Positions 32,124 through 42,504 of a DNA stretch of 64,000 nucleotides are shown here, piece by piece. The position numbers and the translations under genes were made by a program. Numbering within the stretch: position 1 is the first letter of the stretch; each line of letters starts with the position of its first letter. The notes under the pieces were generated by a model. That model was not told where the DNA came from. It saw only the letters and a program-made list of their open reading frames with translations, and ran no database searches. The DNA comes from Wickerhamiella versatilis. Its lineage: Eukaryota. The stretch is taken from positions 992,001 through 1,056,000 of the forward strand of contig JAQOWU010000007.1 of the NCBI GenBank assembly GCA_030867685.1, in the 5' to 3' direction.

Positions 32124-33929
32124 TTAATAAAACCGGAAACGGGTTCTTCGTGAGCTACCATCTTGACGCCTTGGGGCTGAGCTCCAGGTTACCTTATTGG
32201 CCTGCGTCAAGGGAAGGTGATCATGCCCAAACATCTCAGCAAAGACCTTCATTCCGCGCATGAAATCAGAGGGGTAGATATTGAACTGTGACTTCAATAC
32301 CGCCATATATGCAAGCAACGAATTAACCATCTCCTTGAATTCCTCGTCAGTTAAGCGGCGGGCAACCTTTTGGAACTCCTCTCTGAATTCATTGGAGATG
32401 GGATCATAAGGATGGACCTGTGGTTTGATTCCTTCACGCTTTAGGGACCCAAGGTACTGTCGCATGTGGCCGGTGAGGAACAGTTGAGATTCACCCCTAT
32501 TGCCGATTCTAGCTGTACGGCCAATACGATGGACATAGGATGCGACATCGGGCGGAACGCCAAGCTGAAAGACGTGCGTGACGAAAGGAAAGTCCATACC
32601 TCGGGCAACAACATCAGTCGTAACCAAGATACCCTCGGGGTCCCTACGAAATTTATCGGCACGGTGTTGTCGCGATGACTGAGACACTTTCCCGTGGAGA
32701 GCACTGGTATATTTCCTGATTGAAGCAGGCAATAAAGCCCGCAACAAGTAAGTGAAGTTCTCGACCATCGCAACAGTTGGTAGAAACACTATTGCCTTAA
32801 AAGGACGAGCATCAGGCAATTTGCTATCTTCATGAGCCTTGATGATCGCAGCAGCAGCACCCTCATATACTTCCCGCCATGAAGGACACAAGGTAGCATG
32901 CTGATCAACCAGTTCATTCGCAGTGGGCTCATCGCGAGGGATAGTGTTGACAATGCGCACTCTATCTCCAAATTGATCCTGGGCAAAATTTCTGACAGTA
33001 CGGTCTGCAGTGGCGCTAAACAAGAGCATCGGCACCTCCCGATCTCCCGTGACCGATTCCAGCTTATCACGGATCTGTGCTAGTATTCGCTCAAATCCTA
33101 TATCAAGCAGTCTATCAGCCTCATCAAAAACTCGGAAGACAATATTGGAAAATCTCTCCAGTACTTTCTCATCCTCTAAAACGTCATTGAGCCTTCCTGG
33201 GGTGGCCACAATGATGTCAGCAACGGGACCACCACCCTTGCCCAACAGGCCCGCCTGACGTAGCTGACGCTCCTTTGACAAGCCGCCCACAAGAGCCTGC
33301 ACCTTGATAAAGTTCATGCCCCCGTACTGTGTCATCTTGAATATTTCGTCAGCGATCTGTTGAGCCAGCTCCCTGGTCGGACTGATAATAACTGCCTTTA
33401 CTTTGCCACGTCCCTGAGGGCCGGCCTCAAGGACCTTTTGCAGGGTGGGAATTGCGAAGGCTGCTGTCTTTCCGGTACCAGTTTTAGCCCGCACCACAAC
33501 AGATTCCCCCTTCAGGATGGGCAGTAGCGTTTGAGCCTGTACAGGCGTCAACCATTCATAACGACGATTGTAAATCAATGAATTGACCAACGGTAAATTG
33601 AGGAGCCGGCGAGTTGCTAATACCCCAGTCGGTACTGGTGACATTCCTTCAACCTCCCGAGCATCCTCAGGGATCAGGTCCGTCCATTTCAAGCTGTTGA
33701 GAGCATCTCGATCAATTTCATAATTCTTCTCGCCCCTGAGACCATCATCTTTAAATGCACGGTGATGTGTGCGGCTAATAAGTTGATCCTCGTCCCGCCG
33801 ATTTTGACGGGTACGGTCATTCTTACCCACGTTTCTCCGGTACTTCGTGGCACCTGTAGCTCCAGGCGTCTTAAAGCCTCTTGTGAGACATTTAGAAACC
33901 GAATGGAGCGGGAGCCGACGTAAATACAT
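32124..33929 (-). CDS. MSS116: Mitochondrial DEAD-box RNA helicase (Mss116-like)
   Basis: Presequence-like N-terminus, AKTGTGKT, PTRELA, DEAD, SAT, ARGMDFP, HRIGRTAR. Confidence 0.8.
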   Translation of the reverse strand: MYLRRLPLHSVSKCLTRGFKTPGATGATKYRRNVGKNDRTRQNRRDEDQLISRTHHRAFKDDGLRGEKNYEIDRDALNSLKWTDLIPEDAREVEGMSPVPTGVLATRRLLNLPLVNSLIYNRRYEWLTPVQAQTLLPILKGESVVVRAKTGTGKTAAFAIPTLQKVLEAGPQGRGKVKAVIISPTRELAQQIADEIFKMTQYGGMNFIKVQALVGGLSKERQLRQAGLLGKGGGPVADIIVATPGRLNDVLEDEKVLERFSNIVFRVFDEADRLLDIGFERILAQIRDKLESVTGDREVPMLLFSATADRTVRNFAQDQFGDRVRIVNTIPRDEPTANELVDQHATLCPSWREVYEGAAAAIIKAHEDSKLPDARPFKAIVFLPTVAMVENFTYLLRALLPASIRKYTSALHGKVSQSSRQHRADKFRRDPEGILVTTDVVARGMDFPFVTHVFQLGVPPDVASYVHRIGRTARIGNRGESQLFLTGHMRQYLGSLKREGIKPQVHPYDPISNEFREEFQKVARRLTDEEFKEMVNSLLAYMAVLKSQFNIYPSDFMRGMKVFAEMFGHDHLPLTQANKVTWSSAPRRQDGSSRRTRFRFY

Positions 33930-33962
33930 CACAGGACTCGTTTGACAGGAAAATGAAATATT

Positions 33963-33971
33963 TCACGTGAC
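33963..33971. promoter_or_regulatory. Cbf1/bHLH-type element TCACGTGAC in a divergent promoter
   Basis: Exact RTCACGTG match on the minus strand between MSS116 and the PNUTS-like gene. Confidence 0.45.
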
Positions 33972-34126
33972 TAATGATAGCGGGGTAAGGGCCAAAACTT
34001 CCATCAAACTAAGAAACCGCCACCTGAGAGGACAGCATTACTCATCACTTAAGCCCCCTCGTTGTCTTTTTTTGACAGTCCGTCGTTCTCCTTAACACCT
34101 CTTTTTTGTGAAATTAGTCGTTTTTA

Positions 34127-35647
34127 ATGCAGTCTCAGCCTTCGGCCAATACCCAAGTGGCCACGCCAGATACCTCTGGTCCGATGCCCCGCATGCCGCG
34201 TGGTGTCATGGAAAGCATGATAGATGCGGCCATACCCAGCGGTGATTCGTCTCTAGGTGCCCGTCTTGAGGCTATGTTCCGAATGATAGTTTTTAGTGAG
34301 CCTCGATATGTTGCAGAAGAGTTTGTAACCCGTGTGGGAGCAGTTGATCGGTCAGAGTTCGGTGTTGGTGAGGTTGACCCTGTTGAACGCGCATTCTCAA
34401 TCGCATTGTCACAAGCGTCGCCACCTTTTTGGGATGCGCTGACATCTGAGGTGGATTGCCGACCCCTAATAGCCCGCATCCGTAACTGGCTTGCACATAT
34501 GGTAAAAATTAAAGCCAAGGACCGGACAGTGCCGGCATTAGAAATGCTTCGTCGGATACCTGTCTCTAATGATGTTGCAGTACAGACAAAATTACCACCA
34601 GTACTTCGTATATTAAGCAAAGAACATGGAAAAGTAGGAGCGTTAGCGAAGGAGTTCAGCTTTGACGAATCCTCCGATGTTAATAAAGCTACTCATACGG
34701 AGATACATAGACAACAACCATCAGTACAGAGTGCGCATGCTGGGAAGCCACTAAATGGTGCACCGAGGGCGGCACCAGCAGCTGCACCAGCACCGGCAGC
34801 GGCAGCGGCAACGGCAGGGCCAACGCCAACTCAACCTGCTAAGCATGAGTCGACCAAGCTTGACTCAAAGCTTTTCAGCGCCCTTAGTACTCATAAACGG
34901 CCAGTCACGGAAGTCTCAGCAGCAAACTCCACTGCATCAGCCTCGTCAGAGAAGAGGCCTCGTTCTCCCGACTATGATCCTAACACTGATACTATGATAC
35001 CCGAATCAAAAAGGGCAAAAGAAGAACAAGTACCCATTAAGGCTAAACCTAAGAAAAGTGTCCGTTGGAAATCCGAGCCGGAGCTGGTCTCCGTGCGGTA
35101 TTTCGAGACAGAGAACCTAAATGTCCGCTCAAAGAGCTTTGAGCAAGCCCGTGAGCTCGAACAGTCTGAAGGTTCGCGCACAATGCATCCACAGGTCCAG
35201 TGGGCAGAGCCACTCGCGTTCGAGACTGGTGACGCCATTCCAGCGAAAATGCAGACTCAAATGGGCGTGAAACGCGCAGGGTATTTGAAGCCTGTGTCTG
35301 CCGAGGCAGATGCCCAGGCCATGCGTGAATCTAGTATTCCTCCGGCACCAGAACCGATGACATCCGACTCTCCATCAGAGCCCCCTGCCTTCGATCAACA
35401 ACCTGATTCAGACTGGCAGCCTCGTTATGGCCAGCAGTGGAAGTCAAAACAAGCACCCCCGCCTCCTGCACCACCTGCACCCAATCCATGGATGCCTATG
35501 ATGTATCCATTCGGGATGCCTAGTATGCCTAGCATGCCTAACATGCCGGGAATGGTGCCTGGGGGCCCAATGAACGTGCAAGCAATGCAGGCAATGCAAG
35601 CGATGATGAATCCAGGAATGATGAACCAATTTGGTACAGGACGATAG
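34127..35647 (+). CDS. PP1-regulatory nuclear protein (PNUTS/Ppn1/Ref2-like)
   Basis: TFIIS-N-like helix (TKLPPVLRIL), RVxF-type KKSVRW followed by LVSVRYF, P/M-rich tail. Confidence 0.65.
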   Translation: MQSQPSANTQVATPDTSGPMPRMPRGVMESMIDAAIPSGDSSLGARLEAMFRMIVFSEPRYVAEEFVTRVGAVDRSEFGVGEVDPVERAFSIALSQASPPFWDALTSEVDCRPLIARIRNWLAHMVKIKAKDRTVPALEMLRRIPVSNDVAVQTKLPPVLRILSKEHGKVGALAKEFSFDESSDVNKATHTEIHRQQPSVQSAHAGKPLNGAPRAAPAAAPAPAAAAATAGPTPTQPAKHESTKLDSKLFSALSTHKRPVTEVSAANSTASASSEKRPRSPDYDPNTDTMIPESKRAKEEQVPIKAKPKKSVRWKSEPELVSVRYFETENLNVRSKSFEQARELEQSEGSRTMHPQVQWAEPLAFETGDAIPAKMQTQMGVKRAGYLKPVSAEADAQAMRESSIPPAPEPMTSDSPSEPPAFDQQPDSDWQPRYGQQWKSKQAPPPPAPPAPNPWMPMMYPFGMPSMPSMPNMPGMVPGGPMNVQAMQAMQAMMNPGMMNQFGTGR

Positions 35648-35849
35648 ACGGACCGCGCAGGCGCGGTTGTTTAGATTACTCCTAGTTATTTTTTAATGCG
35701 CCACCGAATTACGACTCTAACTTTCCCTTCTATTTCTATTTTGTACCCAATTAATTTTGGAACTCTTCAATTGTCCTAGCAAAAATATGCCGTCGCGAAT
35801 ATTTAAATAGTATTATGTAGGTTTTCTAGCTGTCTAGTTTTAAGCTTTC

Positions 35850-38138
35850 ATGAAAAAATTCTTGGTGATTAATCACATGGACTACCCGGGGTATCCCAGT
35901 CCAGCAGAAAATGCACAACGAGGATTGGGGCTGCAATGCGCCATAGCCACCGTTCTTGGTGCAACGGCGATCATTAGCTTCAGTTTGTGGCGGCGTGAGT
36001 GGCCGGCACTCTATGCGGCACGTACGTATCGTAAGAAAGACCTCCCAGATCTTGGCAATACTTTACTGGGCTGGACGCGTGTTATCTGGCATTTAAGCGA
36101 TGAAGAAGTGCTAGAATATGCTGGTCTCGATTCCTACGTCTATCTTATGTTTTACCGTGCAGGAATGAGCATGTTGTTCCGGTTGGCCCTTTTATCCGTG
36201 TTTGTCATTGCACCTCTCCATAAGTTCTACATGATCCGCAATGGAAATAATGGCGATGAGAAAAAGGAGAAAGAGTTATCTAGTATGATCAAGAAGAATC
36301 AACCAAATCTCCTTGGAGACGACTTCTGGGTCTATGTGGTGTTCACGTACGCATTCACCTGCATTGGGTTGAAAGTGCTTCGAGAATTTACACTACAGGT
36401 TGTAAAGGTCAGGCAATCTTATTTGGGCCACCAAAACTCGATTACGGATCGTACTTTGCGCTTGACAGGAATTCCTAATTACATGAGATCTGAGCAGGCA
36501 ATCTCCTCCCTCATCAATCAAGCATTTTCGGTAGATCCTCAGGCGGTTGTGTTGGCTCATGACTGGTCGAAATTAGATGCATTGAGCCGAAAGCGTAAAT
36601 CGCTGATCCATAGGCTTGAGCGAATATGGGCCCAATACATTGGGCCATTCTGCAAGAGCGAGGACGAGATAAGGGAGAGAATGGCAACACGACCACGCCC
36701 TCCGAATTTGGATAAGTTGAATGAAAGGCTTCTTGAACTTGATGAAGCTATTCGCTTCGAGCGTGATAAGCCTACTCGCGTCACTGGCACAGCTTTTATT
36801 ACAATGAACAGCGGTGCTGACTGCCAAATGGCAGCCCAGGCCTTATTGAGTCCTGAGCCTCGTGCATTGCTAACTTCTCTTGCACCAGCACCTCATGATG
36901 TGATATGGCGTAATGTGTACCTGCCTCGGAATACCAGATCGGCTTACAACTGGATAATTAGCTTCATTGTTATTCTATCAAGTGCATTTCTTGCGGTGCC
37001 GCTCGGTTTCCTGGCGGGTTTGCTGGATATAAATTTTATCAAGTCCAAGGCACCCAAACTCGCAGAACTCATATTAGAGCGGGATATTTTGGTGACCTTT
37101 GTCACCGAGATTCTTCCAACATTCATATTCACATTCTTCAACTTTGTCGTTCCGTACTTTTATGCCTTCCTGTCCTCTCGCCAAGGCTATGTGTCTCGTG
37201 AAGATGTCGAACTGTCAACGGTTTCTAAGAACTTCTTCTTTGTGTTTGTGAATTTGTTCCTAATATATTCTGTTGGCAGCTACATCAGTCGTCGTGAGCC
37301 TTTGGATGGCGCGGCAATTGCGATGCGTTTTGCTGCATCACTGCGGGGTCTTCAAACATTCTATACCAATATTATCGTGCTTCAAGGTATCGGTCTTACG
37401 CCGTTTCGTCTGATGCAGGCGGGTTCAGTGTTTCAATTTCCCTTTTTCCGCGCTCATGCGCGAAGCGCACGGGATTATCACGAACTCAATAAACCTGCCG
37501 AAATTAATTACGGCATTCTTCTTCCCAATGCATTGCTAATTTTCATCCTCTGCCTTGTGTACTCTATTTTATCCCAGAAGATACTTATATTTGGCGCAAT
37601 ATATTTCCTATTAGGATATTTTGTCCAAAAATATCAATGCATTTACTCTATGGTTCATCCCCAGCACTCTAATGGCCGTCTCTGGACGCTTATTACTCGT
37701 AGGGTCCTGATAGGGTTCGCCGGCTTTCATATTGCAATGATAGGCATCTTGCTTCTGCAATCCCAATTTACTTTCGCGTCATTGCTTCTGCCATTATTAG
37801 CGGCTTTGGCGGCTTATTGGTATGACTTCGAACAGTTTACCGAGCCTCTATTACGAGTAATTGCCGTGGAGGCTATCAGCGCAGGCCCGCTATCATCTTC
37901 AGAATCAGGCGATCCGCAGCCTGCAGAAGCAACCATTTGGGAACAGCCTCAAACTAGACATGTGCGTACACTGTCACGCACACTCGATGAAGATAGAGAA
38001 GCAAACTTACGCTATGCGAACCCAAATGCTGTAGGCACGCTGGACGGGCCCTGGGTGGCGGTTAATGACAATGAATGTATCATTGCAAATGAAGGTGGTT
38101 TCGTTCGCCGTAGTCTATCTTTTGATGACTGGGAATAA
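35850..38138 (+). CDS. OSCA/TMEM63 calcium-permeable stress-gated channel (Csc1-like)
   Basis: LYAAR, AGLDSYVYL, SITDRT, APAPHDVIWRN, YSMVHPQHSNG; about 11 TM segments. The start may be ATG 35877. Confidence 0.9.
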   Translation: MKKFLVINHMDYPGYPSPAENAQRGLGLQCAIATVLGATAIISFSLWRREWPALYAARTYRKKDLPDLGNTLLGWTRVIWHLSDEEVLEYAGLDSYVYLMFYRAGMSMLFRLALLSVFVIAPLHKFYMIRNGNNGDEKKEKELSSMIKKNQPNLLGDDFWVYVVFTYAFTCIGLKVLREFTLQVVKVRQSYLGHQNSITDRTLRLTGIPNYMRSEQAISSLINQAFSVDPQAVVLAHDWSKLDALSRKRKSLIHRLERIWAQYIGPFCKSEDEIRERMATRPRPPNLDKLNERLLELDEAIRFERDKPTRVTGTAFITMNSGADCQMAAQALLSPEPRALLTSLAPAPHDVIWRNVYLPRNTRSAYNWIISFIVILSSAFLAVPLGFLAGLLDINFIKSKAPKLAELILERDILVTFVTEILPTFIFTFFNFVVPYFYAFLSSRQGYVSREDVELSTVSKNFFFVFVNLFLIYSVGSYISRREPLDGAAIAMRFAASLRGLQTFYTNIIVLQGIGLTPFRLMQAGSVFQFPFFRAHARSARDYHELNKPAEINYGILLPNALLIFILCLVYSILSQKILIFGAIYFLLGYFVQKYQCIYSMVHPQHSNGRLWTLITRRVLIGFAGFHIAMIGILLLQSQFTFASLLLPLLAALAAYWYDFEQFTEPLLRVIAVEAISAGPLSSSESGDPQPAEATIWEQPQTRHVRTLSRTLDEDREANLRYANPNAVGTLDGPWVAVNDNECIIANEGGFVRRSLSFDDWE

Positions 38139-38211
38139 ATAATTAATTTTGTTGTCGATCGACAAGTAAACTATATTCTGCCCAAATTTTTTTTAGTCCA
38201 TCAGTCAAAGA

Positions 38212-38904
38212 CTAATGTATGACGATACTCCATAATGCCTTATGCACAAGATATCGGGACATGTTAGCAGCAAGAGTAAGAATTATTGCGTAGATGTACC
38301 CACAGCGTAGAATAACGGCAAGGACCTCTACCATGCAGAATCCTACCGCATAGTTGACGGTAACGGCCACTAGAGGCATGTCGTAATACCATATGAAGGT
38401 AAGGATTGGTAAGAGTTTTGATGCTGATCCAATTAATACAGCTTTAGATATAATGGCTGGATTTTTCCAACCAAGTAGTCGGCGTGCAAGTAGCCTTACA
38501 GATAAGTGAACTACAAATGTGTCGAGGAAACACGACACGAGGAAAAAGCTGTACAGTGCAAATGCCGAGTGCGAAGCTGTGAATTGCATTGTTTGGGGGT
38601 CGGTGCTTTTTTCGACCTGCGCCCATTGCAGATATACGTCAAACAAGGTGACAAGGATTACCAGTCGCCGGTCTTGTGGGTAAAGGCCTAATAAATCTGG
38701 ATGGTCATTATGGGTGTTGAAAACCGCATGACGAAGTGCTGTTGTTCTCAGTAGAAGGAGATCAAGCACCACAATGGTATCATCACACTCAATGTACTTA
38801 TCTGCGAATGCACCACAATGAACACATGTTGTTGCACGAATATTGTCCTTAGAGTAGTACGTATATAGCCGTTCAACTGGTGAGGCGCATTCCACGCAGA
38901 TCAT
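38212..38904 (-). CDS. ARV1: Arv1 sterol/lipid homeostasis protein
   Basis: MICVEC...C..C...ADKYIE.D.....LDLLL zinc-binding Arv1 homology domain; ATG at 38904. Confidence 0.93.
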   Translation of the reverse strand: MICVECASPVERLYTYYSKDNIRATTCVHCGAFADKYIECDDTIVVLDLLLLRTTALRHAVFNTHNDHPDLLGLYPQDRRLVILVTLFDVYLQWAQVEKSTDPQTMQFTASHSAFALYSFFLVSCFLDTFVVHLSVRLLARRLLGWKNPAIISKAVLIGSASKLLPILTFIWYYDMPLVAVTVNYAVGFCMVEVLAVILRCGYIYAIILTLAANMSRYLVHKALWSIVIH

Positions 38905-39109
38905 AGCCAAAACTGAAGATGTCCTCAGTCCTGGTCACGGGCTTATAACCAACTTCAGGACTAACTGACTCAGCCCGGCCAAGCCAGTCGTGATATCTCT
39001 GTTGGCATTTTTAAAATCATATCGAGATATGATATGAATTACATGGATAACATGACATGAAAGCCTGTCTAAAAATTATTCTAGCACGCAAATAACTCTT
39101 GCATTTAGT

Positions 39110-39853
39110 CTACATAAAATCATCGTCATCGAGACCATCATCTTCCAAAGTTTCAGGGACAATGGGCTGTGGCTTCGAGGCAGGTTTCGCAGCAGCGACC
39201 TTGACACTGGGCTTTGCCCTGGCTCCCAATCTGCGAGCACGCTCCTCACGATACTTTTCGTTGGCGATGGCGTTGAGTGTGGAGATCACCTTATGCACCT
39301 GGTCACTTGTGAGGGGCTTGCACATATCACGGCACAGCTCTATGATGAAATTAGAATGCAGATGGGCCTTGTTGACTTCGGCCAAGTCATTTATAACAGG
39401 GGCCAGTGTTTTACGTAGATCTGTGTACTCCTTTGCGGAGCTGGCTTTAAAGATGGAGAGGTCACTGAGTTTGGTTGGTCCCTCCTGCTTGGGAGCAGGC
39501 TTCGCAGACTGGGCTGCTTTTGCCCGCGGGTGTACATCGGCAGCTGCCAGCAGATCAGACGCGTTTACGAGGTCAGACTCCTCTTGGGCACGTTGCTGAT
39601 CAGCCTTAGACAGATGCTCATCCTTCTCAAGTGCCTTACGCTCACGATCATCCTGTTCTTTACGCTTGCGTTGAGCTATGCGCTCAGCATGACTCAATTT
39701 CGGCTTGGCAGCTGCCGTCTTCTTTGGCTTCTCCTCGTCACTCGAGTTCGCAGCAGCCTCCCAGTCACCCATAAGTCCCTCATCCTCATCACTAAAGTCC
39801 AACTCTGCAGTCGCAGCAACAGGGACGTCAAAATCTTCGTCTTCCCAGCTCAT
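39110..39853 (-). CDS. HCR1: Translation initiation factor eIF3j
   Basis: MSWEDEDF start, QEESDLVNA.DL, C-terminal DDDDFM. ATG at 39853; the track's upstream extension is unlikely. Confidence 0.92.
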   Translation of the reverse strand: MSWEDEDFDVPVAATAELDFSDEDEGLMGDWEAAANSSDEEKPKKTAAAKPKLSHAERIAQRKRKEQDDRERKALEKDEHLSKADQQRAQEESDLVNASDLLAAADVHPRAKAAQSAKPAPKQEGPTKLSDLSIFKASSAKEYTDLRKTLAPVINDLAEVNKAHLHSNFIIELCRDMCKPLTSDQVHKVISTLNAIANEKYREERARRLGARAKPSVKVAAAKPASKPQPIVPETLEDDGLDDDDFM

Positions 39854-40197
39854 TTTCCAATATAACTTGGATGACAAATATTTTTCACAACTGCTGTAAG
39901 GAAGCTGCATGCTGGTGAATTTCCCTTCCTCGACCTTCAGATGATCTCTAGAGAAAGGTGACTTTAAAAAGAAAAGGATCAAAATAAATTAAGAGGCCAA
40001 GGCAATAATATAACTAGCTCCTCACCTAAAGTGTCGGCCCTTGCGCGGAGCACAGAAGCCGCCTAGCTTGCCCGAATATTTTTTCGCTAAGTATAAAGAC
40101 GATATATCATGTGCTCTGGCTCTAGGAAAGAGTTAGCTTCATTACTAGAATTTAATGCGCAAGCCGACGGTGGAGTCCCACTTGCTTAATCATATTA

Positions 40198-41343
40198 ATG
40201 CAGGAAGAATTGCTTAAATGGAGCAAGGAAGTTGGAATCCTGTTTAACGCCAATATTATTTCGTCCCATGGCATCGGGCTTTCAACGCCAAGAAATATAG
40301 AGTGTTCTGAACCCCTTATCTTTGTTCCTGAGTCACATGTTCTTTCAGAGCAAGGAATACTGGCGCTTGCAGAGTCTGAACCCGAACTCCAAGCATGGAT
40401 CAACCAAGAAACATTGTCCGAATACCACCTATTGCACAGGGGGCTGCTTTGGCTGTGGTTGAGAAGACCTAATCCCTGGTTTCAAACATTACCTTCCTCA
40501 AAAATGCTGAATCTTCCATTCAATCGTCGGCCGAAAGACATAGAGCTCCTATTCGGCACCTCAATATATGATGCAACACTCTTAAAACGTGTTTCATTGG
40601 AGAAGGCCCACTCCAGGTTCATTCATGCTACAAAACTTGACTTGTCGCTGGAAGATTGGTTGCTACCGTTCCAATGGATATCAAGTCGTGCTCTCTCACA
40701 CCCTAAGACAGGAAAATATTGCTTGGTTCCTTTCATAGATTACTGCAATCACCATCCAACTAAAGCAAATGTTAGATATGACGTGACATCCACAGGTGAC
40801 TTCTACGTTATTGCGTCAGATACGATAGGAAAAGGTCAAGAACTTCTTCTCGATTATGGGTATGACAGAGGTGATGCCGATTTTTTGTTCAATTATGGCT
40901 TCGTACCTCCCTCGAATTATCCGAATAAGGAGCTTAGGCACGTTTTTGACCCCAAGGATTTGAGGATCCGCAATCTGTTAGAAAACAAACAATATGATAT
41001 TCTCACGGAGTTTTTTGAGCAAGAACGCCACGTTTTAATTTTGAAGCACAATGGTGAGTGGCATTGCGAACTTTTATCTCTTCTTGCCTGCGGGGATCGA
41101 ATCGAACTGCGTCCAGATGGCAGCTTTCACTCACTGTATATTGGAACGGAGGAATTGGTCCCGGGACTTATATCAAATATTACCGATAAAATGCCTGAAA
41201 TTAATGCGAGCGCCGCAGAGCTGGTGGCCCGTTTATGCCGCCTATTTCTTCATGATTTAGAGCAAATAGACAGACCATCTGGGTCTGATGCTGCTTGCCT
41301 AGCTGAAAAAGAGAGCAGCCTCTTACGACAATTCATAAACTAG
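40198..41343 (+). CDS. SET-domain protein lysine methyltransferase (Rkm/Efm/Ctm-like)
   Basis: GIGL, WISSR, LVPFIDYCNH, GQELLLDYG, FLFNYGF. Confidence 0.88.
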   Translation: MQEELLKWSKEVGILFNANIISSHGIGLSTPRNIECSEPLIFVPESHVLSEQGILALAESEPELQAWINQETLSEYHLLHRGLLWLWLRRPNPWFQTLPSSKMLNLPFNRRPKDIELLFGTSIYDATLLKRVSLEKAHSRFIHATKLDLSLEDWLLPFQWISSRALSHPKTGKYCLVPFIDYCNHHPTKANVRYDVTSTGDFYVIASDTIGKGQELLLDYGYDRGDADFLFNYGFVPPSNYPNKELRHVFDPKDLRIRNLLENKQYDILTEFFEQERHVLILKHNGEWHCELLSLLACGDRIELRPDGSFHSLYIGTEELVPGLISNITDKMPEINASAAELVARLCRLFLHDLEQIDRPSGSDAACLAEKESSLLRQFIN

Positions 41344-41410
41344 ACCAATAGGGACCCTGTTACGACATGACATTTCATCATCCAGATTAGAAATCACCCA
41401 CAACTTCTCC

Positions 41411-41734
41411 ATGGGGTTGGTATCCACTGGCCGGGGCGGTAGAGGTAACTTGCGTACAGAGATTGAAAGGGATGAAGACCAAGGCGCAGGGAAGGAGCTT
41501 CCGGAGATCACCCAGAAGCGTTTCACAACAGGTAGAGGTGGGATGGGAAACATGATGGACAACATCGACACGGAATCGACTCGTGCCTCACAAGGGGAGA
41601 GTGATCCAACCTCTCTATACCCTAGCACCTCTAAGGTAGGCCGAGGTGGCTATGGTAACGTGAAAGCCGCTCAGAAGGAAGAGAAGAGTCTATTAGCGAA
41701 AGCAAAGTCCTTCTTTCAACTGGGATCCTCATAA
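41411..41734 (+). CDS. Par32-like GRGGxGN-repeat protein
   Basis: Three motifs: STGRGGRGN, TTGRGGMGN, VGRGGYGN. Confidence 0.8.
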   Translation: MGLVSTGRGGRGNLRTEIERDEDQGAGKELPEITQKRFTTGRGGMGNMMDNIDTESTRASQGESDPTSLYPSTSKVGRGGYGNVKAAQKEEKSLLAKAKSFFQLGSS

Positions 41735-42481
41735 ATTGCGCGTCAGATGCTTCAGATCAATATCGCTAGGAGTCAGTTGTTCAAGAGGATGTTTTCTGAG
41801 TATCTCGCTGCATTCCACGTCAATCCCAGGGAACGCGTGTTGAGCTAATGCGGCAGTACATGCAAGCAGTTTACTACTAGTAGTCTCAATTTGAGACTCT
41901 AAATATGCTGAGAGCTTGGCCTTTTCGCCGAATTGGAGCATCAATATGAGATTTCCCAGCAGGCCTGCATTTCTTGTGGCACGATTGAGCTCTGCTTTAG
42001 CTCGGCCGTTTCCCAGAATGCACCCTCTTAACACAGCAAGAAGAGCTAATTCCTTCTCTCCCATAGAGTTATAAATAATATAAAGTTGCATAAATGGTGC
42101 GCCATTAAGTCCAAATCCACTTGACTGGTAGTGCTGCTTTGCAACGTCTAGTCGGTATCGTCTAGAATCTGCCGCGGAGAGATAACGCGCCAAATCACCT
42201 AGCCTTAATTGGACCTCAGATACATCAATAACAGCATCTTTGAGGATAGCTGTATAGAATTGGTACGATCTTTTGCACGCATATATGTAAAGATCACGCC
42301 TTTTATGCCTTTCAACCACCAAGTCTAGAGAAGTTTCCATTAGTTCTTTTCTTAGGGGCTGGAGCAAATTTCTGTATATATTATGCCATGCTGAGGCTGG
42401 ATACTCAACGCCTTCACAAAGTACTTGGCAGATCTCGATACGCCGAGTTTCCATCACATAACATTTAATTATCTGACTCAT
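41729..42481 (-). CDS. Short Est1/Ebs1/SMG7-family TPR protein
   Basis: YQFY...LRLGDLARY...AKQHY...NGAPFMQL matches the Est1 TPR/14-3-3-like core. Confidence 0.65.
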   Translation of the reverse strand: MSQIIKCYVMETRRIEICQVLCEGVEYPASAWHNIYRNLLQPLRKELMETSLDLVVERHKRRDLYIYACKRSYQFYTAILKDAVIDVSEVQLRLGDLARYLSAADSRRYRLDVAKQHYQSSGFGLNGAPFMQLYIIYNSMGEKELALLAVLRGCILGNGRAKAELNRATRNAGLLGNLILMLQFGEKAKLSAYLESQIETTSSKLLACTAALAQHAFPGIDVECSEILRKHPLEQLTPSDIDLKHLTRNL

Positions 42482-42504
42482 CTCAGTCCTTAAGTGCTAA
42501 GTGC

